Positions 13,503 to 24,639 of a stretch of DNA of 64,000 nt are shown here, in pieces. A program made the translations under genes and the position numbers. Source of the stretch: Mobula hypostoma (taxonomy: Eukaryota); the NCBI RefSeq assembly GCF_963921235.1, contig NC_086108.1, positions 6,448,001 through 6,512,000 of the forward strand, written 5' to 3'. Under the pieces are notes generated by a model. That model was not told the DNA's origin, did not search any database, and saw nothing but the letters and a program-made list of their open reading frames with translations. The number at the start of each line of letters is the position of its first letter. Within the stretch, counting starts at the first letter, position 1.

Positions 13503-14115
13503 CTTTCTATTCTGAAGCTATGCCCTCTGGTCCTAGACTCCACTGCTATTGGAATCATCCTCTCCACTTCCACTCTATCTCCGAATCAGTTAGGTCTGAT
13601 ATCATTGGCTTATGTTGTGAAATTTGTTGTTATGTGGCAGCAGTACAAAGCAATACATAATAGAAACTAAATTACAGTAAGTATTTGTAAATGTATATTG
13701 AGGAGGGTGAATGAGTAGTGCAATGAGGGAGGGGAAAAACGTAGTGAGGTAGTGTTCATGGGTTCAGTGTCCATTTAGAAATAGGATGGCAGAGGGAAAA
13801 GAAGCTGTTCCTGAATTGCTGACTGTGTGTCTTCAGGCTTCTGTACTTCCTGATGGTAGCAATGGGAAGAGGGCATGTGTAACACTCACAACACGCTGGA
13901 GGAACTCAGCAGGTCGGGCAGCATCCGTGGAAACGATTGGTCGACGTTTTGGGCCCATGTCCTGGGTGATAGGGTTGCATCACTCCTTGAAGATGTCCTC
14001 AATGCTGGGGAGGCTAGTGTCCATAATGAAGACGACAGTTTACAGTTTTCTGCTGCTTATTTCAATCCCCTACCCTGCTCTCCCCACCCCCCATACTATC
14101 CTCCTTTATATTCTT

Positions 14116-14493
14116 GGCTAGCTTACCTTCGTACCTCATCTTTTCTCCCCGTATTGCCTTTTCAGTTATCTTCTGTTGCTCGTTAAAAGTTTCCCAATCC
14201 TCTGGCTTTCCGCTCATCTTTGCTATGTTATACCACTTCTCTTTTATTTTTATACTGTCCTTGACTTCCCTCGTCAGCCACGGTCACCCCTTACTCCCCT
14301 TAGAATCTTTCTTCCTCTTTGGAATGAACTGATCCTGCACCTTCTGTATTATTCCCAGAAATACCTGCCATTGTTGTTCCACTGTCATCCCTGATAGGGT
14401 ATCTTTCCAGTCAACTTTGGCCAGCTCCTCCCTCATGTGTCCATAGTCCCCTTTGTTCAACTGTAATACTGACACTTCCGATTTTCCCTTCTC
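14116..14493 (-). mobile_element. CR1 LINE internal fragment
   Basis: ORF 14284 MREELAKVDWKDTL...QQWQVFL. Confidence 0.85.
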
Positions 14494-15145
14494 CCATATC
14501 GGACCGCAAAGCACTCCAGCGTGTGGTGAAAACTGCCCAGCGGATTATCGGCACCCAATTGCCTATCATTGAGAACATCTACCATAAACACTGCCTGGGC
14601 AAAGCGAAAAGCATTATCAAGGACGAGGAATTCTGCAGATGCTGGAAATTCAAGCAACACACATCAAAGTTGCTGGTGAACGCAGCAGGCCAGGCAGCAT
14701 CTCTAGGAAGAGGTACAGTCGACGTTTCAGGCCTAAAGGGTCTCAGCCTGAAACGTCGACTGTACCTCTTCCTAGAGATGCTGCCTGGCCTGCAGCATTA
14801 CCAAGGATGCATCTCACCCTAACCATGGACTTTTTACTCTCCTCCCATCCAGTAGGCGCTACAGGAGCCTCCGCTCCCGCACCAGCAGGCACAGGAAGAG
14901 CTTCTTCCCTGAGGCTGTGACCCTGCTGAACCTCACATCACAGCGCTAAGCAGTATTGCACCCATATTGTACTGTCTCAGTACTTTTATATTTGTGTGCT
15001 GTAGCACTTACTTTTTATTCGCAGTTATTGTGTAAATAATACTATTCTTTGTATTTCTGGTCAGATGCTAACTGCATTTCATTGGCTTTGTATCTGTACT
15101 CGGCACAATGACAATAAAGTTGAATCTAATCTAATCTAATCTAAT
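14494..15145 (+). mobile_element. Rex/Babar-like LINE 3' end interrupted by a Penelope-derived hairpin
   Basis: VVKTAQRIIGTQLP...; AATAAA and (ctaat)n tail. Confidence 0.75.
14625..14793. mobile_element. Penelope pLTR-derived fold-back insertion
   Basis: Inverted repeat centred near 14735; about 15-bp TSD agcattatcaaggac / agcattaccaaggat. Confidence 0.8.
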
Positions 15146-15719
15146 TAAGCACTTGGACTTTTAGAGTACAGACTCCCTGTTCAATGTAGCAATTTGGAGT
15201 GGGGGTATTTTTCCTTTTGCCAAGCTCTTCAGGCAGAGCTTATCCACAACCCAACCTGAAATCATCTGAACTCAACACAGATAACGCCATTAATTCCCGG
15301 ACTTCGTAATGGTGATCCACCATCCTGCAGTTATATAATACAAAGTCTTCCGGTGCCATTTTAATAACTGATATCAAGATCTCAAGTAACACACACACAA
15401 AGCAGTCGACGTTTTGGGCCGAGACCCTTCAGCAGGATTCCTCTCCACGGATGCTGGCTGACCTGCTGACTTCTCCAGCACTTTGTGTTCCTATGGATTT
15501 ACAGCACCTGCAGAACCTCTTGTGTTCAGGATGTCAACATCTGTCTGTACTTGGGTCTCCACTAGTAGACATTTAAGAGACCATTTAGAGCTCTTTGCTG
15601 GGGACCTTTGTTGAGCCCCTCCCCTGGGTCATGGCTGTGTCAATGAGGAGTGAATCCTCATCATTAGTACAGCATCGTTGTACATTTCAGGAGAGTGAAA
15701 CCAGAGGTCCATGACCAAG

Positions 15720-16460
15720 TCCTCAGAGGATCAGAGGTGGAGAGGGTCACAGCTTTAAGTTCCTGAGTGTTACTATTTCAGAGAACCTGTCCTGGACCTA
15801 GCACAAAATTGCAATTGCAAAGAAAGCACGACAGTGCCTGTACTTCCTTAGAAGTATTCGGAGATTCAGCATGACATCCAAAACTTTGACAAACTTCTAT
15901 AGATGTGCCATGGAGAGTATATCGAAAGGCTGCATCACAGCCTGGTATAGAAACTGTCTTTGAATGGAAAATCCTTCAAAAGGTAGTGGATTTGGCCCAG
16001 CACATCACGGGTAAAGCCCTCCCAACTATCGAGCATATCTACATAAAGTGCTGTTGCAGGAAAGCAGCATCCATCATCAGAGATCGCCACCACCCAGGCC
16101 GTGCTCTCTTCTCACTGCTGCCATTAGGAAGAAGGTACAAGAGTCTCAGGACTCTCATCACCAGGTTCAAGAACAGTTACTGCCTTTCAACCATCAGGCT
16201 CTTGAGCAAAAGGAAATGTCTTCACTCACTTGCCCCATCATTGAAATGTTTCCACAACCAATGATCTCACTTTAAGGACTCTTTATCTTGTGTTCTGGTT
16301 AATTATTGCTATTTGTGTATATTTGTAGTTTGTTGTCTTCTGCCCTTTGGTTAATTTTTCATTGATCCTGTTATAGTTTGCTATTCTATAGATTGCTGAG
16401 TATGCCCATAAGAAAATTAGTCTCATGGTTGTATATGGTGACACATATACTTTGATAATA
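15720..16460 (+). mobile_element. Rex/Babar-like LINE 3' fragment
   Basis: ORF 15905 LQKVVDLAQHITG...HHPGRALFSLLPLGRRYKSL. Confidence 0.75.
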
Positions 16461-16562
16461 ACTGAAATTTTAGTGTGGATTGGAAAGAGAGCCCCAGACT
16501 TCATCATGAATAATCAGTGGTCCGTTTACAAGCTTCGTAATCTCTTTGAATATCTTCTTCAG

Positions 16563-16688
16563 ATTCCCAGTTGCAAGCTTGGATGAGCAAGTATGGGTGG
16601 ACAGAGTCAGAACCTGATAAAATCTTCATTTGCAACCAAGAAGAAAGTATCAAACCTAAAAATATTGTGGAGAAGATAGATTTTGACA
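16563..16688 (+). CDS. EIF3K: EIF3K coding exon (exon 7), DSQLQAWMSKYGWTESEPDKIFICNQEESIKPKNIVEKIDFD
   Basis: Acceptor tcttcttcag, 126 nt, donor gtgagt; carries the eIF3k C-terminal motif QEESIKPKNIVEKIDFD. Confidence 0.97.
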
Positions 16689-16806
16689 GTGAGTAAAACG
16701 TGGCCCACATTAAGGTGGCCGATAGTCTTTTAAAGGTGCATGTATTTTTTTTTCAAGTTCTAATTTGTAAACATGACATTGATGTATGCTATTCTTTGCA
16801 TTACAG

Positions 16807-16838
16807 GTGTGGCAAGTATCATGGCTTCATCACAGTGA
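16807..16838 (+). CDS. EIF3K: EIF3K last coding exon, (S)VASIMASSQ-stop
   Basis: Acceptor tgcattacag, 32 nt ending in TGA; human C-terminus is SVSSIMASSQ. Confidence 0.95.
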
Positions 16839-16901
16839 AATCCCAAAGTTCCTCAGTTTTGTTTTCAGACCAAATAATACTTTCTATAATACATTATTGA
16901 C

Positions 16902-16941
16902 AATAAAGTTGAAATCATTTACATTGTCTCCTTGGAATAAA
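16902..16941 (+). terminator. EIF3K polyadenylation signals (AATAAA at 16902 and 16936)
   Basis: Two AATAAA hexamers about 65 and 100 nt after the stop codon, followed by GT-rich sequence. Confidence 0.7.
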
Positions 16942-18042
16942 TTGCCAACTAAAGGTGTTCAGTGGTATGGAATATTCCGTCGTGTCTCCAGAATAACTTA
17001 CTGTGTTTATTGATTTGTTCTTGAAACACTATTTCTAGCCTCTTGCATCTCTCTCTCTCCCTCCCTCCCCTCCCCTCCCCCTCACACAAAAAGGATTAAC
17101 CACAAGCAAGAGAAAATCTGCAGATGCTGGAAATCTAAGCACAAACAAGAGAAAAATCACCCATTTTAATTTCACTTTCCATTCAGACATGTCCATCCTT
17201 GGCCTCCTGTACTGTTGTGATGAGGCCACACTCAGGTTGGAGGAGCAACACCTTGTATTCCACCAGGTTTGCCTCCAACCTGATGGCATAAGCATTGATT
17301 TCTCAAACTTCCAGTGATGCCCCTCCCCTCTTCTCTATCCCCCATCCCGTGAAAGCCCAGAGCTACAGAAGCTCCAAGGTCACTTCCTCTCCCGGGGATA
17401 AAATCTTTGAAAATGGGCTCCACCTGGGGACTGTTTGAAAGACAGGCCTGGTGCAGAGGAATCAGGTGAACTGCTATGGGCAGCCTATACCCCAGTTGGG
17501 GCGGTGGGCTTAACTAGCTGATCTCACAGCATTCATTCACGGGGATGAAGGAACGGGGCTCGTTTTGCTGCTGTGTTCTGCCTTCTGCTCAACATTGTGG
17601 TGGGTATGTGATGTTGGTACCAGAATGTGTAGAGACACTTGTAGCCTGCCCCCAGCACATCCTTACATTGTGTTGGTTGTTAACACAAACAATGCATTTC
17701 ACTGTATAAATCTAAATGCTGGAACTCTTCACAACGACACTGGGAGCAGTTGTATTCAACTGAGGAAGCTACCTGACAACTGCATTCTCAAGGTGAATTG
17801 CCAGCTTCATCATGGGAAATGACAGCCACTATGGGAATTAATTTTATGACTTCCAGTAGATATTAAGTACAGGTTCAGTAAAAATTGTTTAACAGCAGAA
17901 GAAACCAACCTTTGCCTAGTCTCAATGATATCAGAACAAGTAGTTTTTGCTTGGGAAGGGAATCATAAGCAAATAGTTTGCCCACCAACTACAACTGTAC
18001 AATCAATGTTATTTGCCTGCAGATTAACAGCAAAGGGGATTA

Positions 18043-18822
18043 CGCCGCACAACAAAGATTCTGTTTCCTGAATACTTTTGGGAGCATCTTACTGATTTTG
18101 GGCTATTGATCATGAAAATCTCCATGAAATTTCCCTATCCTGTGTACCATTTAAAAAAAATAATTGCCTACTTTGTTATTTCAATTCATAATTCAAGTCA
18201 GAGTAGTTGATGCCAGGACCAAGTAAGGCATTCTGTTGGTCCACAAATCAAACACGCCATCAATGTCAGGCAATTCAGAGAACTTCTAGAGGGACCAGAG
18301 AAAAATCGCAAGGAAGGCATTCAAGGATATTGAATATTTTCTTGGCATCTACAGAGCACCAAACTACATTCAGCTGGTTAACAACATGCTTCAAGCATAC
18401 AAAACTATAAAGTGCAACATATCACTGAAGACTCATTTTTGCATTCCCATTTAGACTTCTTCCCAGCAAACTTCAGCACTGTCAGTGACAAGCATGGTGA
18501 AAGGTTTCACCAGGACATTGCGGTAACTCAGGGCAACTGGAATCCATCAGTGCTAGCTGATTATTTAAGCAGAATGCCTCAGACACTGAGTACAAATGAA
18601 AGTCATCAACAAAATATTTTTAGCTTAGTTGAACCATTGCAAGGTGTTAGCATCATTATGCAATTAAATACATTATAGTCAATAAAAGTTATTTTCTTGT
18701 TTCTCCAAATTCCTATGTGATACAAGTAGTCTGAAATTATATTTTCATTCAGCTTCAAGCGGTCGATCATAAACAACAAAAATATCTGAGGAAGCAAGGC
18801 TTTTGGAAAAATGTGTCCAATA
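18043..18822 (+). mobile_element. Chapaev3 (CMC)-like DNA transposon remnant, internally deleted
   Basis: ORF 18412 motif FLHSHLDFFP...VSDKHGERFHQDI...QGNWNPSVLADY; decayed ends cgccgcacaac / tgtccaata, both flanked by TTA. Family assigned from recalled motif similarity. Confidence 0.6.
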
Positions 18823-20244
18823 TTATATATATCTCCATTGGAGACCTGGAGGAAAAGAATCATTTATCTCAGGGCTTCCCAACCTGAGGTCCACAGACCC
18901 TTCAGTTAATGGCACAAAAAAAGGATCAGAACGTAGTGTAAAGCTATTACGCCACCAACGACCGAAGATAGTTGTTCAATTCCTGCCACTGTTGACAAAG
19001 AGATAACTAATACAGCGGACATGCATTGAAGGTGAGAGTGGCTAGTTTTAAAAGGGCTGTGGGGGGGTTAAGGATTTTTACTCAGAGTGGCGGACACCTG
19101 GAATACACTGCCTGGTATGGGTGTAGAGGCAAATACATTAGAAACTTTTAAGAGACGTTTAGACATGGATATGAGGAAGATGAAAGGATATGGATATTGT
19201 GTAGGTAGGAATTTTTTAAACTTACTGTTTAGCTGGCCCAGCACAATATTGTGGGTCAAGAGCCTGTCCTGTGCTGTACTGTTCTCTGTATTCCACATGA
19301 CTGTGGGCTTCTTCCTGTGCTATACTATTCTATGTAATTCCACATGACTGTGTGGGCTTCTTACTGATGCTCCAGTTTCCTACCACACTCCAAAGATGTA
19401 CGGTTAGGGTTGGTAAGTTGGCGCCAGAAGCATAGGCTGCCCCCAGCACAATCCTTGCCAATTTGATGCAAACGACACATTTCAATGGTTCGGTCTAATA
19501 TCAGATACTGTATACAGCCTGAAATTCTTACTCTTCACAGACATCCACAAATGAGGAAGAAAAACCGTAAGCATTAATGACAGGTAATGGCAGAACTCCA
19601 CAGTCCTCCCCTCTCCCACAAACAAGCAGCAGCGAAAGCATCAACCCTCCTCTCCTCCCCCCCCCCCACCACTAGACAAGCAATAGCAAAGTCCCAGAGA
19701 CCTTGATCCTCGAGTCCATCAGAAAACACCAGTCCATAACTCAGTGCAGGGGCCTTCCGATAGCAGCACACACCGCCTGCTGTCCCGATGTTTCCATTTT
19801 CCGCCACACTTTGTTCGGTGGCAGCAGCGAAGAACCGGGTCGCCCACGGGACCCCACCCCGAAAGCACACCTGGAGATATTGAAACACCAGACCGCACAT
19901 TTTGAGGTAGGTGTGAACTATCATTACTATGGCTCGTACTTATTGCCCGTTACACTGCTGGCGTTTAGGGCAGCAATGAAGGTCCTCCTGTCTGTTCACA
20001 CCGTCACACTCAGGTTCTTCATTGCTGTTTCCGTAACAATTTTTTGACCAGTCAGGGTTGTTAGCCCTGAGCTGAACCCCCGAATTTGGATCACTGACCA
20101 CTCTTAGTCTGTTCTTTACCCTTTAACCTGTTTGGCTGGGTGACCCTACAAAGAGCCAAAGCACAAGGCGCAAACTCCAGCCAGCAGCTGTCTAGGTCAC
20201 TGAGGCACACAAGCCTCCAAACCCTAAAGCAAGCTTGTAGCCCT

Positions 20245-20500
20245 CTTTTTATTGAGATACAGTGCGGAATAGTTCCTTCTGGCCCTTGGAGCCGTGCTGC
20301 CCAGCAACCCACCGATTTAATCCTGGTCTGATCACGGGACAATTTACAATGACCATTTAACCTACTAACCGGTACGTCCTTGTACCATGGAACGAAACCA
20401 ACATGGTCTCGGGAGGTAACGTTCAAACAGCAGCAGGAATTGAATCTGTGTCACCTGTACTGTAAAGCGTTGTGCTAACCACTATGCCTCTGTGCCGCCC
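20245..20500 (-). mobile_element. V-SINE/HE1-like SINE
   Basis: Reverse-complement head gggcggcacagaggcatagtggttagcacaacgc. Confidence 0.75.
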
Positions 20501-20503
20501 CAG

Positions 20504-23102
20504 TAGGGCCGGATTAAGCTAGTGCGGGGCCTGTGGCATATGTTATAATGGGTCCCTAAATTTAAATAATGCACATGAGTGTTAAAACATAAATTATTTA
20601 CTTGCATAGTAAAGTAATTCAATTTGTTCATTTGCTGTACAGCCAGATAATACGACAAATATCTGACACTTCAGTAATAGTATTACTTACATGTAGATAT
20701 CAATTTCAAATGTCAAAAATAACAAAACTACAACTTAAAAGTTAAATTTTCTAGATTTAGCATGAGCAAATTTGTTGGTGATACTGGAAATGTCTATTTC
20801 ACGCAGAGGTTCATGTTCAATGCTCATTAGAGTGAGATTGTTCAATCTGTTTTGACCCATGGTGATCCTTAGTTCATTTTTAATCCTTTTCAATTTTGAA
20901 AATGAGCGTTCTCCACTGCAGATGGTAACCATGAGTGACAAATAGATGCGCAAGGCATCTTCTGCATTTGGAAAACATGACTCCAAAGAATTGTCAGTTA
21001 TCAAACGGTACAACTGTAACTCTACAAGGTCTTGTTTGGTGCCAATATGAGAAGCAAGATCAGTTTTCAACAGTTCAGTAAACTGCACAAATTCTTCATT
21101 AAGACTTTCTTCCAGATCTTCCGGATATGATTTAATAAGATTTGATGACCTCTTTATGATCTCTTCAGGTGTAAACGACTGTAACTGATGAAGGAATCCA
21201 AAAACACCATTCACCTTTAGATAAGCTTTCTGCCTTTTTGACAGGGCAGAAAGCAAGCTGTTAATAATGGCAAGAAATGTTCAGCTTTTAAACTTCTGAG
21301 AAGGTGTTTGAGATTCAACAAATGAATCAAGAGTGCTGGAACCACTGAAATCATCATACACGTGATTTTGCTTGTGTTTTCTTCGAGTTTACTATTGATA
21401 ATCTTCACACTTAGTCAGATCCTTGGTTTTTTGCTCAATGTCTGAAAAAGTAGACCGCATAGCTTGAATATATCCATGCAAGGATTCATAGAGTGCACAA
21501 GCTGTGTTCAAGTCTTGGCCAGAAGATTGCAAAGAAGCACTGGTCATTTGAAAACACTGTAATACTTGATCCCACATTATGACCATTATTCCTCGTTCCA
21601 ACCTCATCGTGGTTGAAAGCAGTCCACAAGCCTGTTGTCGACACTCTGCCTTCTGATCATTGTTATTTGAAATGTCATCCAAGACTGGTTTTATTGCAGA
21701 AAAGCTGTGTGAAAGTGCTTTTGTTGCATCTGCACAAGCTGACCACCTGGTATCTGACATTCTTTTCGCAATGGGCAAATGAGCACCACCATCAGATAAT
21801 GCAGCAGAAAGGAGACCCCACCTGTAAGTAGGAGCAGAAAAAAATGTGTACAGGCTTTCTACAAATTGAAAGAAAATTAATGCTTCTTGACAACATTCAG
21901 CAGCACATTTTCCAACCAAATTTAGTGAATGTGCAAAACATGGAATGTAATCCACAAACTCATTCAGCTCTTTAATTCCTGCTTGTAAACCACTATACTT
22001 GCCACTCGTGTTGCTGGCATTGTCATAACTTTGACCAACCATGGCAGTCTTTTATATCAATGTCATTTTCCTTTTAAAAAGTCAACTAAACTTTGAGTGA
22101 GCTGTTCAGCACTATGACCTTCCGTATCCAAAAACTTCACAAATCTTTCAACTGGTCCAGACGGCAAAACATGGTGCACAGTCAAAGTCACCTGGTCCAC
22201 ATTAAATATATCTGGAGTAGAATCCAATGAAACAGAATAATACTCGTATTTCTTCACTTCACCGATAATGTGATCCAGTATGCTGGATCCAATCAGATTG
22301 ATGAATTCCTCACATGTTGTTTTAGATAGGTATGATTTATGTCCCCTTCCTTGGTTTGCATGAGCATTTATACCATGACACAGCAAGGAGCCAACACACG
22401 CCTGCACACACATACTGTACCATGCAGCATGCAGCTCCCCCGACATGAAAACAACAGCGTTGCCGGATCGTTGTTGTTGTGGCGTGGATGAAATCACAGA
22501 GCGTTGCATTACCGGCAGTTTCTTTATTTGATAAAACAAGGTTACAGCAGGCAGAGACCCCGGCAGAACAGGTCTAACCACCTTGTGATTGAGGCTCGAT
22601 ATTTATTTGCTGAACACAAAGGACAGTTCATAGTTACAAGTAGAGATAGCTCTTTGAAGTTTTCACATCTTTTGATTAGATTCATTCTACTGGCGCCAGT
22701 ATGCCTAAACTGGAGTTCATGGCCTTTAGGGATCCATAATACATTATTTGGTATGTTACGTGCTAACATAGAGGACAATTCATATTCAAAAAGCATAGAT
22801 ATGGTGTCTTCATAACTACCTGTAAATTTAGCATTCTTGTCTCGGAGGTGCCAGAGATGCATTGTTACAAATGAAACTGGGTTCACAGCTTTTAGGAAAT
22901 GCATTGTTATGAACTCAATCCACAGTATTTTGTCGAAGAACAGACGACTGATGGCCGAAATCATTTATTTAAGTGTAAATGAATCGTCTACCCAAAACTC
23001 ACTCTAACAGTCGTGAGAATACCGATTTCACCAGACTGCAGTTTCCAAGCACCTAGTGCGGGCGGGGCCCGTAGCATATGCTACTTGGTTAATCCGGCCC
23101 TG
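20504..23102 (-). mobile_element. hAT DNA transposon with a frameshifted ZMYM1-like transposase
   Basis: TIR tagggccggattaa / ttaatccggccctg; 8-bp TSD cgccccag / cgccccaa; ORFs 22063, 21392 and 20735 with LDSTPD, YDNAS, CFAHSLNL, DTRW and SGERSFSKLKRIK (hAT dimerisation motif). Confidence 0.93.
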
Positions 23103-23269
23103 CGCCCCAACCGTCCACTTGGAGAATTATTGGAATTTGTTGACTTTTTAAACAATTTCTGTTGTAACTTTTTTTTTAAAAAATGGGTACACAGTTGTAA
23201 AAGAAATAATAACATGAGCAGAGACTGGGAGCAACAAGATATTTTCTATAAAGGGGTAACACAGGGGCG

Positions 23270-23726
23270 ATGGGCCGATTGACCAGCATCTTTGCATTCT
23301 CCCGATCTAAATTTCTGGCGGGTTGTAAATATCGGCGAGGCTTCAAGCCGGCAGTGTTTGCTCGTTCTGGTTTGGGACTGGGTGCCTTGGACAGGTTGCC
23401 CCACCCGCTCCATGACGTTGGACCTCTGTTGCTGGAGCCGCTCACTTCCCTGTTCCTGTATAAAGAAGGCAGCGGGTTTTTTTTACACCATGTACCCGTT
23501 GCCCTGGAGTGGTGGCGATCGGAGACCGGGCTTCTACGACAACAGCTCGGTGCTGTTGAGGAACGCCAATTTTCACCACAACCCCGCAGTCCCTAAACTT
23601 CCCCAGCCTCGTCCCGGCGCCGGGCTGTTCGAGGACCCGCACTTCCCCGCCGACAACTCGTCCCTGCACGGCCCGGGAGGAGCTTCTCGCTTCAACGTCG
23701 CTGTATCCAGCTGGAAGCGACCTCAG
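23270..23726 (+). promoter_or_regulatory. CpG-rich zone around the first calpain coding exon
   Basis: Visibly higher CpG and GC density than the flanking DNA. Confidence 0.5.
23490..23726 (+). CDS. Classical-type calpain, coding exon 1 (MYPLPWSGG...LFEDPHFPADNSSL...WKRPQ)
   Basis: accATG Kozak context; calpain motifs LFxDPxFPA and WKRP; donor CAG|gtaaag; 237 nt, phase 0; CpG-rich. The start codon is inferred because the frame stays open upstream. Confidence 0.88.
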
Positions 23727-23977
23727 GTAAAGACTGGGACAGGCTGGTGGGGGCTTGTCCATGAACGGAAGGGGGGATATCTTCGGGGGCATAATTTTAA
23801 TGTGATTGGGAGGAAAGTATGGGGGAGATGTCAGAGATAAGTTTTTTTTAACACAGTGAGGGTGGGCACTTTGAACGCACTGTACAGGTAGATACATTCG
23901 GGGCATTTCAGACTGCTCTAATGTTTTCTTTGTTGCATTGGGAACTGAGGGGAGATCTGATAAGTGTATAAATTAGA

Positions 23978-24430
23978 GTGGTACGGTGGTGTAGTGGTTA
24001 GCAAGACGCTTTACAGTACAAGCAACACACATCAAAGTTGCTGGTGAATGCAGCAGGCCAGGCAGCATCTCTAGGAAGAGGTGCAGTCGACGTTTCAGGC
24101 CGAGACCCTTCGTCAGGACGTCGACTGCACCTCTTCCTAGAGATGCTGCCTGGCCTGCTGCGTTCACCAGCAACTTTGATGTGTGTTGCTTGAATTTCCA
24201 GCATCTGCAGAATTCCTGTTGTTTGCTTTACAGTGCAGGTGACCTGGCTACCATTTGTACGTTCTCCCTGTGAGTTTCCTCCGAATGCTCCGGGTTTCCT
24301 CCGACAGTCCAAAGATGTACGGGTTAGTAGGTTAATTATAATATAACTAGGCTAGGATTAAGTTGGGGGCTGCCGGTTGGCACAGCTCAAAGGCCCGAAG
24401 GGACCTGTTACAAGCTGTATTTCCAAATAA
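23978..24430 (+). mobile_element. V-SINE/HE1-like SINE interrupted by a Penelope-derived hairpin
   Basis: Head gtggtacggtggtgtagtggttagc; SINE resumes at 24225. Confidence 0.75.
24021..24224. mobile_element. Penelope pLTR-derived fold-back insertion with a hammerhead motif in the loop
   Basis: About 70-bp near-perfect inverted arms; 13-bp TSD gctttacagtaca / gctttacagtgca; minus strand 24086-24119 reads gtc CTGACGA agggtctcggcct GAAA cgTC gac. Confidence 0.85.
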
Positions 24431-24639
24431 TGTTTTAAAATTAAAAATAATCTTGCACTTGCTTTTAGTACATATTTAATTGAAAGGAACAAGGTGAAGC
24501 CTCCGTTGGTCTGGGTCGACCATGAATGTTGCATCTAGCTGTCTGGACACACAGGCCTGGGCAGTACGATATGGAAAGCAAGCAGTGGCCCAAGCCCAAG
24601 CAGCAGGCGCCCCCTCTCCAGCATCTGATAAACCCAAAG

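Noticed and set aside
20735..22581. Domesticated ZMYM1-like host gene
   Set aside because: Frameshifted, N-terminally truncated and still flanked by TIRs and a TSD, so it is a transposon fossil
23459..23464. TATA box for the calpain gene
   Set aside because: Only about 30 nt before the ATG, leaving almost no 5'UTR, and it overlaps a possible splice acceptor region; cannot be supported
23442..23906. 154-aa antisense ORF over calpain exon 1
   Set aside because: GC-rich shadow frame running into a CR1 fragment; no recognisable domain
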